Assembly (NCBI GenBank): GCA_050273025.1
Contig: CP158635.1
Coordinates: 20,398,001-20,462,000, forward strand
From: Cenococcum geophilum
Lineage: Eukaryota
Length of the DNA stretch: 64,000 nt
Direction of reading: 5' to 3'
The notes beneath the pieces are model-generated. The model was not told the origin of the DNA. It searched no databases and was given only the letters and a program-made list of their open reading frames with translations. Below, in pieces: positions 1 through 13,776 of this stretch. The position numbers and the translations under genes are program-made. How positions within the stretch are numbered: position 1 is the stretch's first letter; every line of letters begins with the position of its first letter.

Positions 1-31
1 GCTTTAAGGACGTAACTTATTAGTATAAGGG
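1..31. mobile_element. Terminal inverted repeat (...AAGGG end) of a piggyBac-like element extending left of the window
   Basis: 1-31 is the reverse complement of 36-66 (30/31 identical) and is followed by ATAA at 32-35. Confidence 0.55.
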
Positions 32-35
32 ATAA

Positions 36-369
36 CCCTTATACTAATAAGTTGCGTCCTTAAAGCTGTGGCCTGTGCGCACTAATTAATAAGGTGCATA
101 TATAGGCGGTAAGTTATTCTGCCGTATTACTAAAGCTCTTTAAAGGAGGAAGTGTTAGAGCCTAAAGCGGTGGCTTTTTATAACCAAATTTTTGGAAATA
201 GTATATTAAGTAGGCTATATAAGATCTATATTATTGGATATATAATTACATACTATTTTAGCGGTATATTTAATTAATAAAGTTATCTATTTACAACTTA
301 AGGCGAGGAAGTTAATGTTCTTAATCGCGTGCACGGGCCATACCTCTAAGGATGATATCGGTGTAAGGG
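36..369. mobile_element. piggyBac-like MITE (334 bp)
   Basis: Starts CCCTT and ends AAGGG. Imperfect ~50-bp TIRs (36-90 vs 321-369). Identical 4-bp flanks ATAA at 32-35 and 370-373. No coding capacity. Confidence 0.65.
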
Positions 370-399
370 ATAAAGTAAGTAAGCTAAGTTATTAAAACA

Positions 400-2500
400 T
401 AGACCGTATATACGCGTCGCATATCTATAACAACAGCGGTTACACCAGAACTTCTCTATAATACCGCAGTATACACTATAAGTATATACTATATAGCCTA
501 TATATAAGCGCTATATATACTAACATCTAGCTAGGGCAACATTAATATTTTAATTTTACTTTGGTATACGCTTAGCCTATATTTACTATAAGCCTTATAA
601 TCGTAAACTTTAATAATCTATAGGTGGCCGGTGCCACTAACCCTAGCGCCTTTAGGTACTACTATAGTAAGTATATACTTCGTATATACCTAGAAGAAGC
701 ATATATTAATAGAAGTATATAGGCCCGATCCCTAACCTTAACCCTAACTAGGTAACACTAGGTTAGTTATAGAGAACGCGTATATAAAGTATATGCTTAC
801 AGTAAACAAAGCACGCGCCGCCGCCGTAGTAGTAGGTAAAAGGCGTATATAAATCTAGAGCCGTATATTTATAGCATATACTAACCTTATACAGCCCCAG
901 CTATAACTATCTAAGATAACATAAGTAGGTGCTAGAAAGGCTTTACGTAAAGAGTGTGTATATACTAAGCGTAAACTAAATCTACTTAACCCTACCTCCG
1001 TACTATCTGCTATTAACTCTATAGTATAGGTTGTATATCTATACCTTATATATAGCATATACTAACAATAAATATAGCTATAATATTATAGTAAATGGCA
1101 TATAAATATACGGCTAGGTCTTTACGGCTTAGCCTAGCGTATATTCCATATATATACAGTATCTATATCCTACTAATAGAGTTATAGTACTGCCGCTATA
1201 TCTGTAATAAGTATAGCAGTACCCATATATATTACTATACAGTTTACTAAAGGCATATACTTACTATATACAGTAATTAACCCTTCTACTACTAACATGT
1301 TAGCTACAGAGTTAATTATAGGGGAGAAGTATATACCTAGTATATACTATATATATACAACGCTAATATAACGCAGCGCCCTAAAGCGTTTTATTCTCTC
1401 CAATAGCTAGTAGGATACTAAGTACCTATATAAGCCTAGGTAGGTTATATATATATACTATATATACAGTACTAACACTATATATAACTGTAGCCCTTTA
1501 GGGTTAAGAATTTTAGAGTATATAGACGCCTATACTTTAATCGCGTATACTTACTCTATACTTAATATATATCTAGCCTAAGCTAACTAGATACAGTACT
1601 TAAGACTAGGGGTTTACCACCTAATTTGGTAGGCAATTCTATCGCGAGGTAAAAGCATTAGTGTCGCTTCTATATATATATACTATACCCTAATATATCT
1701 ATCTATCTATATATATATATACTTATTCCCCCTAAGTTTAATTTTAAACCTAAGGGTACTTATAGGCCTAAGGGTAGCGTATGCAAGAAATAAGTACGGC
1801 TACTACTAGGACTACTACCCGATTTAGAAATAAACGCTCGTTTTTATATCTAGGAGACTAGCAAAGTCCGACTTTATATAAGCCCTATATATACATTACT
1901 AAAACCACTACTTAGTTATATTGCTAGCTTATACGCGTATATACTTCGTATATACAAACCCCTATTGTCTTCTACTAACCATAGGTTAACGCGTGCTTAT
2001 GCTAGGCGTATACTAATAAAAGAGAAACAGCGCGTTAGCCCGTTTACTCCCTCCACCAGCTTAAAACGTAGGGTTAGTATTTTACCTGCATATATTTAGC
2101 ATACGCTAACTATATATATAGCGCGGCCTAACCCCGCTAGGCAACCGCAAGGAGTCCCCCTTACCGTCCACCTACTGCTAAAGAGGTAAGCTTATCTTAT
2201 ACATACCCTATATATACACAGCTAATATTTAGCACTAATAAGCAAAAAGCCAACGAGCCGTCATAATAGAGGTAAGAGCTCTAGTAAGTTTAGTTCCTTC
2301 TATTATATACGTTATACTTATACTCTATATAAGCCACAGGCAGAATCCGCTACTTAACTTATCTTTACCGCGTAAGTCCTAAGCTATAAGTCCTAGTATA
2401 TGCTAGGCCTATACGCTACGCATATAGTATATAGTATACATTATACACAGTTAGAGTTTTATTAGGGTTTATTTAGTAGGTAGGCTAGGTATATACCTAA
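400..2500 (+). pseudogene. RIP-degraded intron-containing gene remnant of unknown function, probably cargo of the Mutator-like element
   Basis: Several short GT(AAG)...CTAAC/CTAAT...AG intron-like segments (e.g. ~480-530, ~2186-2232) separate codon-like stretches. The product is not recognisable and boundaries are approximate. Confidence 0.35.
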
Positions 2501-3820
2501 TATAAGGCATAGGGTAATAGGCCTATATTAATTAATTCTTTACTTATTATAGAACTCTATATAATACTTTCTATGCATATACTATGTATATACGCCCTAT
2601 ATGCTAATATTATACTTCTATACCTACTTCTTAAGCTCTACTAGTTCTTTTGCTTTATTATATACATCTTTATCTTATTTTAATTCATTAATTTATTACT
2701 TTATATTTTTTATATATAGTATATATACCTCCTTTTCTAGCTCCTCTATAGATAAGTAAGACCTATACCTCTTACCCGTAGTCTAGGGTGTTTAACTTCG
2801 CAATAGTAATAGTAGCATCTTCGCTATATATGCGGTAGATACGCGTAACATATTTAATACTAATATAATAATATTATTTACTGTACTTATCTGCGAGATA
2901 ATCTGGCTACTAGATATAGTAGGCTTAAAGGTATTAAATAGATTTTAAGGATTTTAAGGAAGATTTAGGCTAGGATTTCTAGCTCGCCGCTTAGCTAATT
3001 TTTGCTATTTCTGCGCTGCTTAAGCTTAGTATATGCTTTATATATACATATATTATTTCTATAGCTGTACTACTATCCGCTTTAAGTTACTCTAATTTTT
3101 CTATATATTATCTATTCCCGTCTCTTTATATAGCTCTTATAGATTAAAAATTTCTTATATATAAAGTTTAAGCCTATACTAAAATATTAGAATATGCAGA
3201 GTATATACAGAGCATATACTATTACCGTAGTACTACGGTAAGTACGCATAACTTTTAACCGGTAAAGTTATTATCTTAAAAGTAACTACTTTCACTAATT
3301 TTAGTATGCTTTTATATATACGCCTACTACTTATAAGAAACCTTTAACTTTTCCTTTATAAGCCTAGCTAGTATCTATAGTTTCTTCTTATTGTTTATTT
3401 AAGACGTAAGCTCTAGATGCAGTATGCATATACTTTATATACGCGCTATTAGTTTCTACTCTATCTCCGCTTCCTATATCTGCTCTATAATATATCTTAC
3501 TTTATAAGTTTAAAAGCGCTTAGTAAAGTTTCGTTTAACGTATACTAGACAAAATATAAGCATATACTAAAGGTGTTCGTCCCATTTATGGGATGGGTTA
3601 ATTATATATAGGTAATCTCTAAAGCCTATATATTATAAGTATATGCTTAGTATATACAGAGCATATATAGAGCGTATACTCACCACCAGCTTATTTCTTA
3701 TACATATTAACTATAGCAGTGCGAAGTCTAGTTCCGTAAATATGTGCAAATTATATAAATAATTGAGCAGTATTACCTAAAACCCTAAATACTAGCTAAA
3801 ACATCTTTGCGTACGCAGCA

Positions 3821-4047
3821 TGTTACGGCACTAGCAGAACTTCGCACCGGCAAGTTGCCACAGATTGCCACAGATTGCCGCGTATTGCAATTACGTAACG
3901 CGAAGATCTTATAAAACACCGAACGGCGCTACTCTTCTTCTCCTTTCCTTTTCCTAGCTTTAGATTCTCGTTTATAGACAATCCAATTGTACAGGCTTGC
4001 GCGACCCTTTTGCCGTACTTATATCTCGATTGACTAAGTCGCTAACA
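3821..4047 (+). repeat. 5' LTR of Gypsy 3821-9799
   Basis: Direct repeat of 9573-9799; the visible differences are transitions. Confidence 0.95.
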
Positions 4048-5340
4048 TTATCTAAAGCTTACTCTACTCTTTCTTCCTAAGAAGGAACTTAAATATATCT
4101 ACTAGAATACAGACTAGGACCCTAAGGACATTACTAGGACCATAAGGACAGGACCTAAAAGAAAAGAATAGAACCCTAAGAAAAGGACCTATAAGATATA
4201 TACAGACCAGAACCCCTAAAGAAATTACCTAGAATTACCTAACACCCCTACTACTATACCACGAACTACAGTAGCAGGTAAAGCAGCTGCAGGACCCTTA
4301 AATACTTTAAACGAAGAAATAATTAACATTTTAACCCCCTAGGCGGAGCTTGCGGCTACTAATACTAAAATTAAACAACTGCGAGAGCTGCTTAAAGCTA
4401 GAGATACCCCTATATCTAATAATAAGTCATTATTAGATAACTAAAGACTTGCTATAGTCCTTTAGGCCCTATCCCAGCGCCTTAGTGGACCTATTAAGGC
4501 CTATATAGCACTAAGGTGGTCGGCAAAGGTCGCGGATCCCCCGTTACTTATAGACAGAACCAACCCTATATTTAATAATTAGAAGCTTTAATTACGGAAT
4601 AAGCTTAAAGTTAATGCAGACTACTTCCCTAACGCCCAAGCTAGAATAGCCTACGTTTTCGGCTGTACTAGCGGAGACGCCTAGACATATTTACGCCCGC
4701 GATATACTAAAGACTTAGCAGACCCCTTTATCTCTAAAGAAGAAATAATTAAATACTTGTCTTCTATTTATAAAGACCCTTTTAAAGTATAAAACGCCCG
4801 CCTTAGCTATAAAAGCCTAAATATAAAAATAACGGAGACCTTTTTAGCCTTCTAAACCCGCTTTCTATACCTAGCTAGATAGGCCTAGATCCCCTAAGAA
4901 GACCTACTACTAGACCTCTTTAATAAGCTTACCCTAGACCTATAGCAGGCCGTATTACTAGCTTATACTACGGTATAGATATTAAAGGAACTTATGGACT
5001 ATTACCTAGTTATTAACTAAGGCCTCCGTTAAATCAAGGCATGCGCTAACTGGCTAAAAACTAGAAACCTTGCAAACCAGGCCGTAAGTACTACAAGTAC
5101 GGCCCGTAGTGCCCTAGTATAATTGGCAACTCCTATAGTTAACCTAGCAGCTAGCCGCGCAGCTACACCTACTACGGGCCTAGTATACACCCGGCCTATA
5201 TATAGCGACCCCTATATATAGGCCCTTAGCGATTAAGGAGCTTACTTTTCGTGCGGTTAAATAGGCCACCCTATAAGGAACTGCCTAATAAAGGCAAAGA
5301 TAAATAAGGTCCTATTAATTTAGGAGGATAGTACGGAGCC

Positions 5341-5379
5341 GGAAAAAGAGGAACCTTAGAGGAAGACTCCTCTCTAGGG
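5341..5379 (+). promoter_or_regulatory. Putative gag-pol -1 frameshift signal
   Basis: GGAAAAA at 5341-5347 followed by an imperfect hairpin (5354-5379) at the gag/pol junction. Confidence 0.5.
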
Positions 5380-8300
5380 TTAAAAGGGATTAATATATTA
5401 TATATTGATCTGGGTTAGCTAGTTAGTAGAAGAAGCTGCACTATCCCTTATACTTTATTTTATAATAGATATTAAGTTTTAACCTCTGCTTTAACTAACT
5501 TAGGAGCAAATACCTTTACCTTAATTAATATAAAGTGCGCTGCAAAACTAGCTGACTTTTTAAATATACCCCTTAAAGAACTGCCCAAACTAGTCCCTAT
5601 TTGCGGTTATAACGGACGGATAGAACTACCTATTACAATTATCTTGCGGATTTACCTCCGCGTTAATAGACGAAGGTAGTATAATATCCCCTTCCTAATT
5701 ACGGACCTTGGAAGCCATGATATAATCTTAAGAAGAAAATAGCTAGCCTATTTGGGCTTATAACTTAACGTATAAAATAGGCAGCTTATCTAGCCCAAAA
5801 CTATACCCCTAACGCCTTCCTTTATAAAAGAGATCAGTATTACAATAGAAAACCTTATACGGCCGTAGATAAACACCGTTTACTAGGCCGATGCGACGCG
5901 TAGGGACTAGGCTTTTAAGAAGGATATACAGCTTAATCCGTAACGGATCCGTATACTACGCCGCCCCCAGACTACCTATATTACACCACCCGCACTAAAG
6001 ACTTAGGAAGTCGGTAGTGGCCTAGCTAAGTCCCTAATGGAGAACTTAGGCCCTACGCAGCTATAAAGAAAGGCTAGGGATATTGGACAATATACTAAAC
6101 TAATAGACCAGAAGGATAACTTACGGAAAATAGAATGTAAGCTAAGGAAGACTATAAACCTTATACCGTAAAATACGGCCTAACGAATATCTGTAAAGAA
6201 ACCCATAGACCTCCCACTAGTTAATATCTGCTATATTAGCGCTATAGGATTCTACCAAAACCTAGTTTAGCCTAATACCGTTGCCTTTACAACTAGCTTA
6301 TACGAAATTAATTAAATAATTAAAGAGAAAGAAGCCCTAGCCTAAGAGAAAGGCGAGCTTATAGATAAGGAGCTAGTAGAACAGAAACTGCCCCGTTAAT
6401 ACTAGAAATTTAAAGATACCTTCTCTAAAGCAGCGTCTAATATACTCCCACCTTACTAACCGTACGACTATAAGATTAAAATTAAGCCGGATAAGGTGGT
6501 TACCCTTAGCTATAGCCCCCTCTAATAGCAATCTACTGCCGAATTATAGGCCATAAAGTAGTATCTTATTAATAACCTAGATAAGGGCTTTATTGAGCCT
6601 AGTTAAGCCCCTTTTAACTTACCTATTCTCTTCATTAAAAAGCCAAATAGAGGACTTTATTTCTGTATTGACTACCGCAAGCTTAATAATTTAACCCTTA
6701 AAGACCGCTACCCACTACCTTTACTTAATAAGACTTTGGCCCAAATAAGTAGAGCTAAGATCTTTACGAAGCTTAATATCCACTAGGCTTTTCACCGAAT
6801 TAGGATAAACCCTAAATTAGAAGACCTTACTATATTTCAGACCTATTACGGAACGTATAAATGCAAAGTACTGCCTTTTAGACTGACTAACGGACCGGCC
6901 ATATACCAATAATATATAAATAACGTACTATTTAACTACCTTGATGACTTCTATACAGCATACCTGGATAATATTATAATCTACTTTAAAAACGAACTGG
7001 AACATAAAGAATATATCTATAAAGTCCTATAACGGCTTTAGGAAGCTGGCCTCTAAGCCAATATTAAGAAGTTAGAATTTAGTGTTAAGCGTATAAAGTA
7101 CCTAGGGTTTATTATTAGTATAAACGGAATTAAGGCAGACCTAGAAAAGATAGCTATAATTAACTAATAGGTACCCCCAAGGACCGTAAAGGGGGTGCAG
7201 TTATTCTTAGGGTTCTGTAACTTCTACTGACGCTTTATTAAGAACTATAGCAGGATTGCCTGGCTACTAAGTCTACTTACCTACAAGGACCGGCCCTTTT
7301 ACTTTAACACTATATATAGGCAGGCTTTTAATAAGCTTAAGAAACGACTGGTCTCTGCTCCCTTACTTGCCTACTTTAACCCAGAACAGCTCTTAATGCT
7401 AGAAACCGATGCCTTAGACGGTGTTATAGCCGGCATTTACTCCCAAAAGCAGATAAACGGAGAATGGTACTCTGTTGCTTACTATTCGAAGACTATAGTA
7501 GATGCTAAGCTAAACTACCCAATTTACGACAAAGAAATGCTGGCTATTATCTCTAGCTTTTAGCACTGGCGAGCCTAACTAGAAGGCACCCCTAAGTCTA
7601 TTTAGGTAGTTTCCGATTATAAGGCCTTAGAATATTTTATAATAATAAAGGCCCTTATAGCCCGACAGGCGCGCTAGGCGGATACCCTATCTTAATTTAA
7701 CTTCTTAATTATATATAGGCTAGGCGCTACTAACCGTGCAGACGCTCTTATAAGGCATAAATAGGATATAAATAACTAGATAGCCGTAAAGATCTTATTA
7801 CGGACCTAAGCGCTACTATGACTAGAGCACCTTAACTTCTAGATACGGGTAGAACTAAATATAGACTCTTTAGATGCCGAGATATGCCCTATTAACTCTA
7901 TAGAACTAAACCTTATTAATAAACTGCTGTAGGTAAACCGTATAGCCCCTTCTCTATAGGAGTACCGCAAAAAGATAAAGAATGTTTCTAGCCTATAGTC
8001 CCTTAAAAGTGGACTACTTAAGCACCGCGAATAGCTAGTGGTAGTAAAGGAATAGAACTTATAGACTCGGCTTATTGCCGAAGTACATACCTAGGTCTCT
8101 ACGGCCTACCCTAGAAAAAATAAAACCCGTAGGATTATTGGCGACCGCTACTACTAGCCTAGAATAATTATAGATATTAACCGCTATATACGGAACTGTA
8201 ATAACTACTATAGGTCTACAATTCTATAAGATAAGACCCCAGGACTATTAAAACCCCTTTTAATACCCGACCGCCCCTAGTAATATATCTCTATAGACTT

Positions 8301-9572
8301 TTATAAGCTACCTCCAGACCGTAACGGATATAATATAGTTATAATCCTAGTTAACCGCTTTGGCAAGCGCCCATTCTTAATTCCCTGTCACAAAAATATT
8401 AATGCTAAAGAGGTAGCCTAACTGTATATCCACTACGTCTACTAAATTTATAGACTACTAAACACTATTATATCTAACTACGGGCCGCAGTTTATATTAG
8501 CCTTTTAGAATAAGTTTACCTAGATTTTAGGCATTAAGCTAAAGCTTTTTACGGCATATTACCCCCAGACAGACGGTTAAACGGAAATTATAAATTAATA
8601 CTTAGACTAGAGACTCCGGCCTTTTATTAACTACTTTTAGGATAACTAGGCTAAACTATTACCCTTAATAGACTACGCCTAAACGACCCTACCCCATAAC
8701 TCTACCGGATTTGCCCCTATTTAACTAGAAATGGGTTACCTACCCTATATAAGCTTTAACTGGGAAAGACCAGAAGGGCCCTAGACCGACGCGAAAAACT
8801 ATCTTATAAGGAAGCCTGGCAGTACGCTAAGCGCTTAGAAGAAGCCTAGAAAGTAGCCCGTATAAACCTAAAAAAGGCCTAGAAATTAATAAAATAGCAG
8901 GCAAATAAGTATAGGCGCGAGCCTAACTTTACTGTAGGCGATATAGTCTAGATTACGATAAAGAACTAGAAGATAGAACGGCCTAGCCGTAAGCTAAACT
9001 ATAAGATAGCAGGACCATATAAGATTCTTAATAAAGTAGGCAACTCGTACAAGGTTAAGCTCCTAGACTTAATTAAAGTTTACCCTATTTTCTTACCGGA
9101 TAAGCTACGGAAAGCTATAAATAACCTACTACCCAGACAAAAGAATAAACCTCCCCTGCTAATTTAAGTTAATGGCAATAATAAATAGGAAATTAAAGAA
9201 GTGCTAGCCTATAAACTTATAAAGGGAACGTTAAAGTATTGTATTAGTTGGAAAGGATATAACCTAGACCCCACTTAGTACCCTATATAGAACTTTATAG
9301 GTAGTCCCCATAAGCTCTAGGAGTTTTATAGCTATTACCCTAATAAACCCGGACCGCTAAAGTACCTAAATAAGTAAATAGAATACTGGTATAATGAAGA
9401 TAATAAGCTACTAGAAGAACATAAGGACAAAAATACCCCAGAAATTTCTTAGTTACATAAGGTATTGAAATATCTAGGAACTTTAACCGGCGGTTAAAGT
9501 TATCTAATTGGTTAGATTCTCTTGCCAAGACTTTTAGCGACAAAGCCTAAGGGCAGGCTTTTTTGGAGGTAA

Positions 9573-9799
9573 TGTTATGGCACTGGCAGAACTTCGCACC
9601 GGCAAGTTGCCACAGATTGCCACAGATTGCCGCGTATTGCGATTACGTGACGCGAAGATCTTATAAAACACCAAACGGCGCTACTCTTCTTCTCCTTTCC
9701 TTTCCCTAGCTTTAGATTCTCGTTTATAGACAATCTAATTGTATAGGCTTGCGCGACCCTTTTGCCGTACTTATGTTTTAATTAACTAAGTTGCTAACA
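9573..9799 (+). repeat. 3' LTR of Gypsy 3821-9799
   Basis: Direct repeat of 3821-4047. Confidence 0.95.
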
Positions 9800-12032
9800 C
9801 AGCACGTGTTTCTAGGTTAAGAAAGGCGTATACCTACACCTTAATTCCTATAAGTATTTAGCTTATATATAGTATATGTATAGCATAGGGTATGCATACG
9901 TTTGGAATTCTCATCCCATCCTATAATTAAGAATAGATTCGTTTTGCCTTAAACCATCTTAAATAATAGGTCCATTTCGATACATGTTACGCGTTAAAAT
10001 GCTTTAGCTTACGTATACATACAATATATAATAAGGAAATGCTCGTTATTAAAGTTATAAATTACCCGAATCCTTTGCTTAGTATTCTCTTTATATTAAT
10101 TAATAGAGAACTCGCGTAGTATACCTACTACGCTTAGCCTCTATATATACTTAGCGTATATCTAACCTATACTTACCTATATATGCCGTCCCCTCTAGAA
10201 ATTATAGCATCCTTTTCTTCCAAATTAGAGCAGTAATTTAATCCTTAATATTAAGACTACTATATACGGCACGTAGTGTCTGCGTTTTATACTTCCTATA
10301 TAAAATATAGTACTACGGTAATAGGATAAATCGACCTATATAATAGTAAGTAGTTTTATTTATATATACTATGCATATACGGAGTATATATATAGTAAGG
10401 CTTAAGACATCTACCTGCTTTATTACTTTAACTATATTATTAGCAAGGTTAATTAGTAGCTTTATTAAATATAGTAGATAATATATATAAGAATTTCGTG
10501 TAATAAGGCAAATATAAGAATACCGTGCTATATTAACAGGAATATAGCAGTCTAGCTATATACTATATATTCGGCTTACTACCCTACCTTAGCCTTACGG
10601 GTGGTTAAATCCTACGTCGGCTTAGCATATATATAGCGTATGCACAATATATACATTACATACCATAATATTTTCGCTTTAACGTTGTATATCCAATATA
10701 GGTACATTCTTGTTTAACTTCCTAAACTCTATATTTAACGAGTAACTAAAGGTATTAAATATCTACCTAGGCAGTTATCGATAATAAAGGCCAGGCAGTA
10801 TACTATAGTTTAGTATTACTACTACTAGAATAACCGATAAACTCTACCTATATATAATAAGTATATATTACGCATACGCCGAATATATACATACTCTATG
10901 CCAAAAAAACATTATTAGTCTACTTTTACTATATACACGTTCTTATATACTAGGGTAGATATACTACCGCCATAATTATAGAACACCGTTATAGTAGCTA
11001 TATATTATAAGTATATACCTAATATATATAGATAATGCTTACTTCTCTATGCTTTACTTAAGCATTTTATTAATCTCTACTGCCTAGTATAGACAACTAC
11101 TACGCTTTTAGAGGTCGTTAATTAATTTAAGTTTAACCCTATTATATGCTAAGTATATACGGAGCATATCCTTATAGGCGTACTTATAGTGTTTAATACC
11201 GCTGTATTTAAACACTTGGTGGAATACTTTTTTACTCTTCTAATTGTTTTTACTAAAAAGCTATAGTTGTATAATCCTAGGGCTACCAGTTTAATAGAAT
11301 AAGAATTAAATCTACTAGATATATAAATAGAGCATATACTTTATATATATATTACTTACCTTTAATATATACCAATTAATAACCTTATATATTATTTTTT
11401 TATCTGCATCTATAGATAGCAGAGGTATTACTTTATAGATAAAGTATGCAATTCCTTCTTTCCTAGTTACTAGATATTTTGGCATTATAATATAGTCTAT
11501 TACCTCTTAGATAATAACTTAATACTTACTATTAGAGCTAATAAGTACTCTATAGTCTTAGAGTATTCCCTAGCTATTCTAAGTATATATATAGCTTATG
11601 CACAAAGTCGGATATAGTTTTACCTTAGAGAGACCTATATAAAATAGAAGCCGCTATTATATACTATCTTAACCCTTACCCTTCTTATCCTCCTCCTTAC
11701 CCTCTTTATCTTTAATACCCTCTCCGCCAATTATATTATCTTAAGAACTATTATCTTTATATTTAATATTAGGTAAGCTCTAAAATGCCTACGTATACTT
11801 AGCATATGCGTAGTATATAGTTATGCATACTAACTAGTAGGCCGTTTAACCATCCTACTATACTCTCGTTTACTTTAGTATAGTTTTCACTTGTTATTTA
11901 TATACTGTAACACGCGTAAATATATATATATCCTATATACCTGCGTATACGTAGTATATACCCTAGATATTTTGGTTTATGCGGTCGCTTAAGTTAAATA
12001 TGGCTACCATTGCGTGTTCTGTATGGGTAAAA

Positions 12033-12140
12033 GTGTGACCCTGCCGACCTTTTTCCGGCGCTCCATCGGTGACCCCGTTCAGCTTTTGCCGACCCCCATT
12101 AGTGACCCTGTTTAACTTTTCCGTAACCCTGCTTAGCTGC
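12033..12140. repeat. Four short GTGACCC(T/C)G..-type direct repeats, likely subterminal repeats of the Mutator-like element
   Basis: gtgaccctgccgaccttttt, gtgaccccgttcagctttt, gtgaccctgtttaactttt and gtaaccctgcttagct, upstream of the minus-strand transposase. Confidence 0.4.
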
Positions 12141-13352
12141 ACCCCAAAAGTCTCGCTAGGCTATATTACCTCAGCAAGCTCAGACCCTAGCCTATCTCGC
12201 TCCCAGACGATATTATTACGTGCCTACTATATCACGTATAGATTACATAAGCTTAGATGATTGTCTAGAGTCTATGCGAGGTTTTTTAGTAAACCGCGGG
12301 CGTATTTGTGTGTAATCCTTATATAAAATTACACGCTATACTAAATTTTAATTTATTAATTAACTACTAACGTAGTTCCCTAGTAAGCTGGCCACCCTAG
12401 CGAGCTGGCCACCTCATTATACGCGCGACGCGCTTTTGAACTTTTTTTTTTGAAATTATACACCGTTTTAGCTGCCCTAAAGGCGCTATGCCGGGTCTTC
12501 TATTTTACAGAGGTAAATCCTGGATAATTACCCGTCTTACCTACAGCAGTGATTCCGTAAGGCCCTCGTCCGCCTATCTACTACGTGCTGTAGGTATATG
12601 GCGCCTAGGAGAGAAGTAAATGTCTAAAATGTAAGGGAACTAGAAAAGAACGCTATTGTAATATAATTATAAAGACATACGCAAGTAGGGTAAGTTTCTG
12701 TACAAAGGAAATAATCGAGATTAAATAATTAAAAAGTAGTAAGTACCCAAATTACCTCCGTTTCGTACCGTATATTAAAGCTAGGCCTATTTTATAGGGC
12801 CTGGAGTTCTTACTTTAATACTGTCCGTCTTCCGCTAATATCGCGTATAATATATCTATCGCTAAGAGACTTAGTTACTTTAAGTCTGTTCCTGGCCTCC
12901 AGAAACTACCTTAGGGGGCCTATTTATACTATATATTGTGCTGCTTTCTTTACTAACTATGCTAGGTTTAAGATTAATTTATAGCTCTAAGGTTAGCTGT
13001 TATACGGCTAGACTGCTTTCCTTAGTTCTTTAAAGTTAGGGCATTTAATTAGGACATGTCGTCCTATCTATTCGTCCCCGCACGTATACCTTAAGTTAGG
13101 CATATGTTTAATCCTATAGAGGTAGCTTTTAAGGGCTACCTTACCTATATAGATCTGCGTAAGGGTAGCAGAGAAGGCCTTTAGTAGGCTACTATACACC
13201 CTTAGTCTCTGTTTTAAAATCTTTAGTGCTAATTTATATAGTTCTCTCCCAGTCTTTCTATTCTCCCATTTATTTGCCTAGTAAGCTTTTAGTCTTACTT
13301 TTGTTATTCTCTTTACTGCTAATAATAGGCTTTAAAGTAATGAGAAGGTAGG

Positions 13353-13776
13353 TATTACGGACGCTTTAAGTACAATATTACGACTACTTGGAGAGAAGTT
13401 AAAGGAAGCTAGTTAGTTAATATAAATACGGTCTAGGATAGAGCCGATAGAGCTATGTAACGAGGAATGGTAACTGAGGTCACGTAATATAATCTGTATA
13501 ATTTATAGGATCTATATAATCCGTAATAGAGTAGATAGAGCACACGTATATTATATATAAGAAGGATTTTATAGGAGTACGGTTGTATATTTAAGGACTC
13601 TTAATCCTTACCTAGATAGTTCCTTCCTTATAGTAATTCTCAAAATACAATTAGAGTTAATCTATTAGGTAACTACTCTACTAGTTATTATTATATTGTT
13701 AACTTTAATTTATATTACCTATACACCTAGCCTAATAACAAGCCTATTGTAGTTCTTGCTATAAGGTTCCGTTATA
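13353..13776 (+). repeat. 5' LTR of Gypsy 13353-21319
   Basis: Direct repeat of 20896-21319. Confidence 0.95.

Larger units (their letters stand above)
3821..9799 (+). mobile_element. Ty3/Gypsy chromovirus LTR retrotransposon, full length, RIP-inactivated
   Basis: 227-bp TG...CA LTRs and TSD CAGCA (3816-3820, 9800-9804). gag ~4250-5360, protease DSGA-like ~5495, RT FCIDYRKLN (6661) and YLDxI (6961), RNase H ETDAxDG (~7400), integrase ~8100-9100, chromodomain ~9185-9330. Confidence 0.95.
2700..12010 (-). pseudogene. Intron-rich Mutator/MULE-like DDE transposase pseudogene, split by the Gypsy element at 3821-9799
   Basis: Minus-strand motifs in order: IEMDLxFKMV (~9985-9955), YAFLNLETR|AAYAKMF (frame rejoins across the CAGCA TSD), FAHIxGTxLRT..VDM..KQAG (~3750-3685), GDYL..ID...WDEHL....FCLVHVKRNF (CxxH, ~3625-3525), WILAGL...W....T.ISESSH (third acidic residue, ~3385-3280). 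Ends are approximate. Confidence 0.65.

Noticed and set aside
731..749. Telomere-like CCCTAA words (also ~53255-53271 and ~43200-43240)
   Set aside because: Only 2-3 imperfect units, which is expected in TA-enriched RIP sequence.
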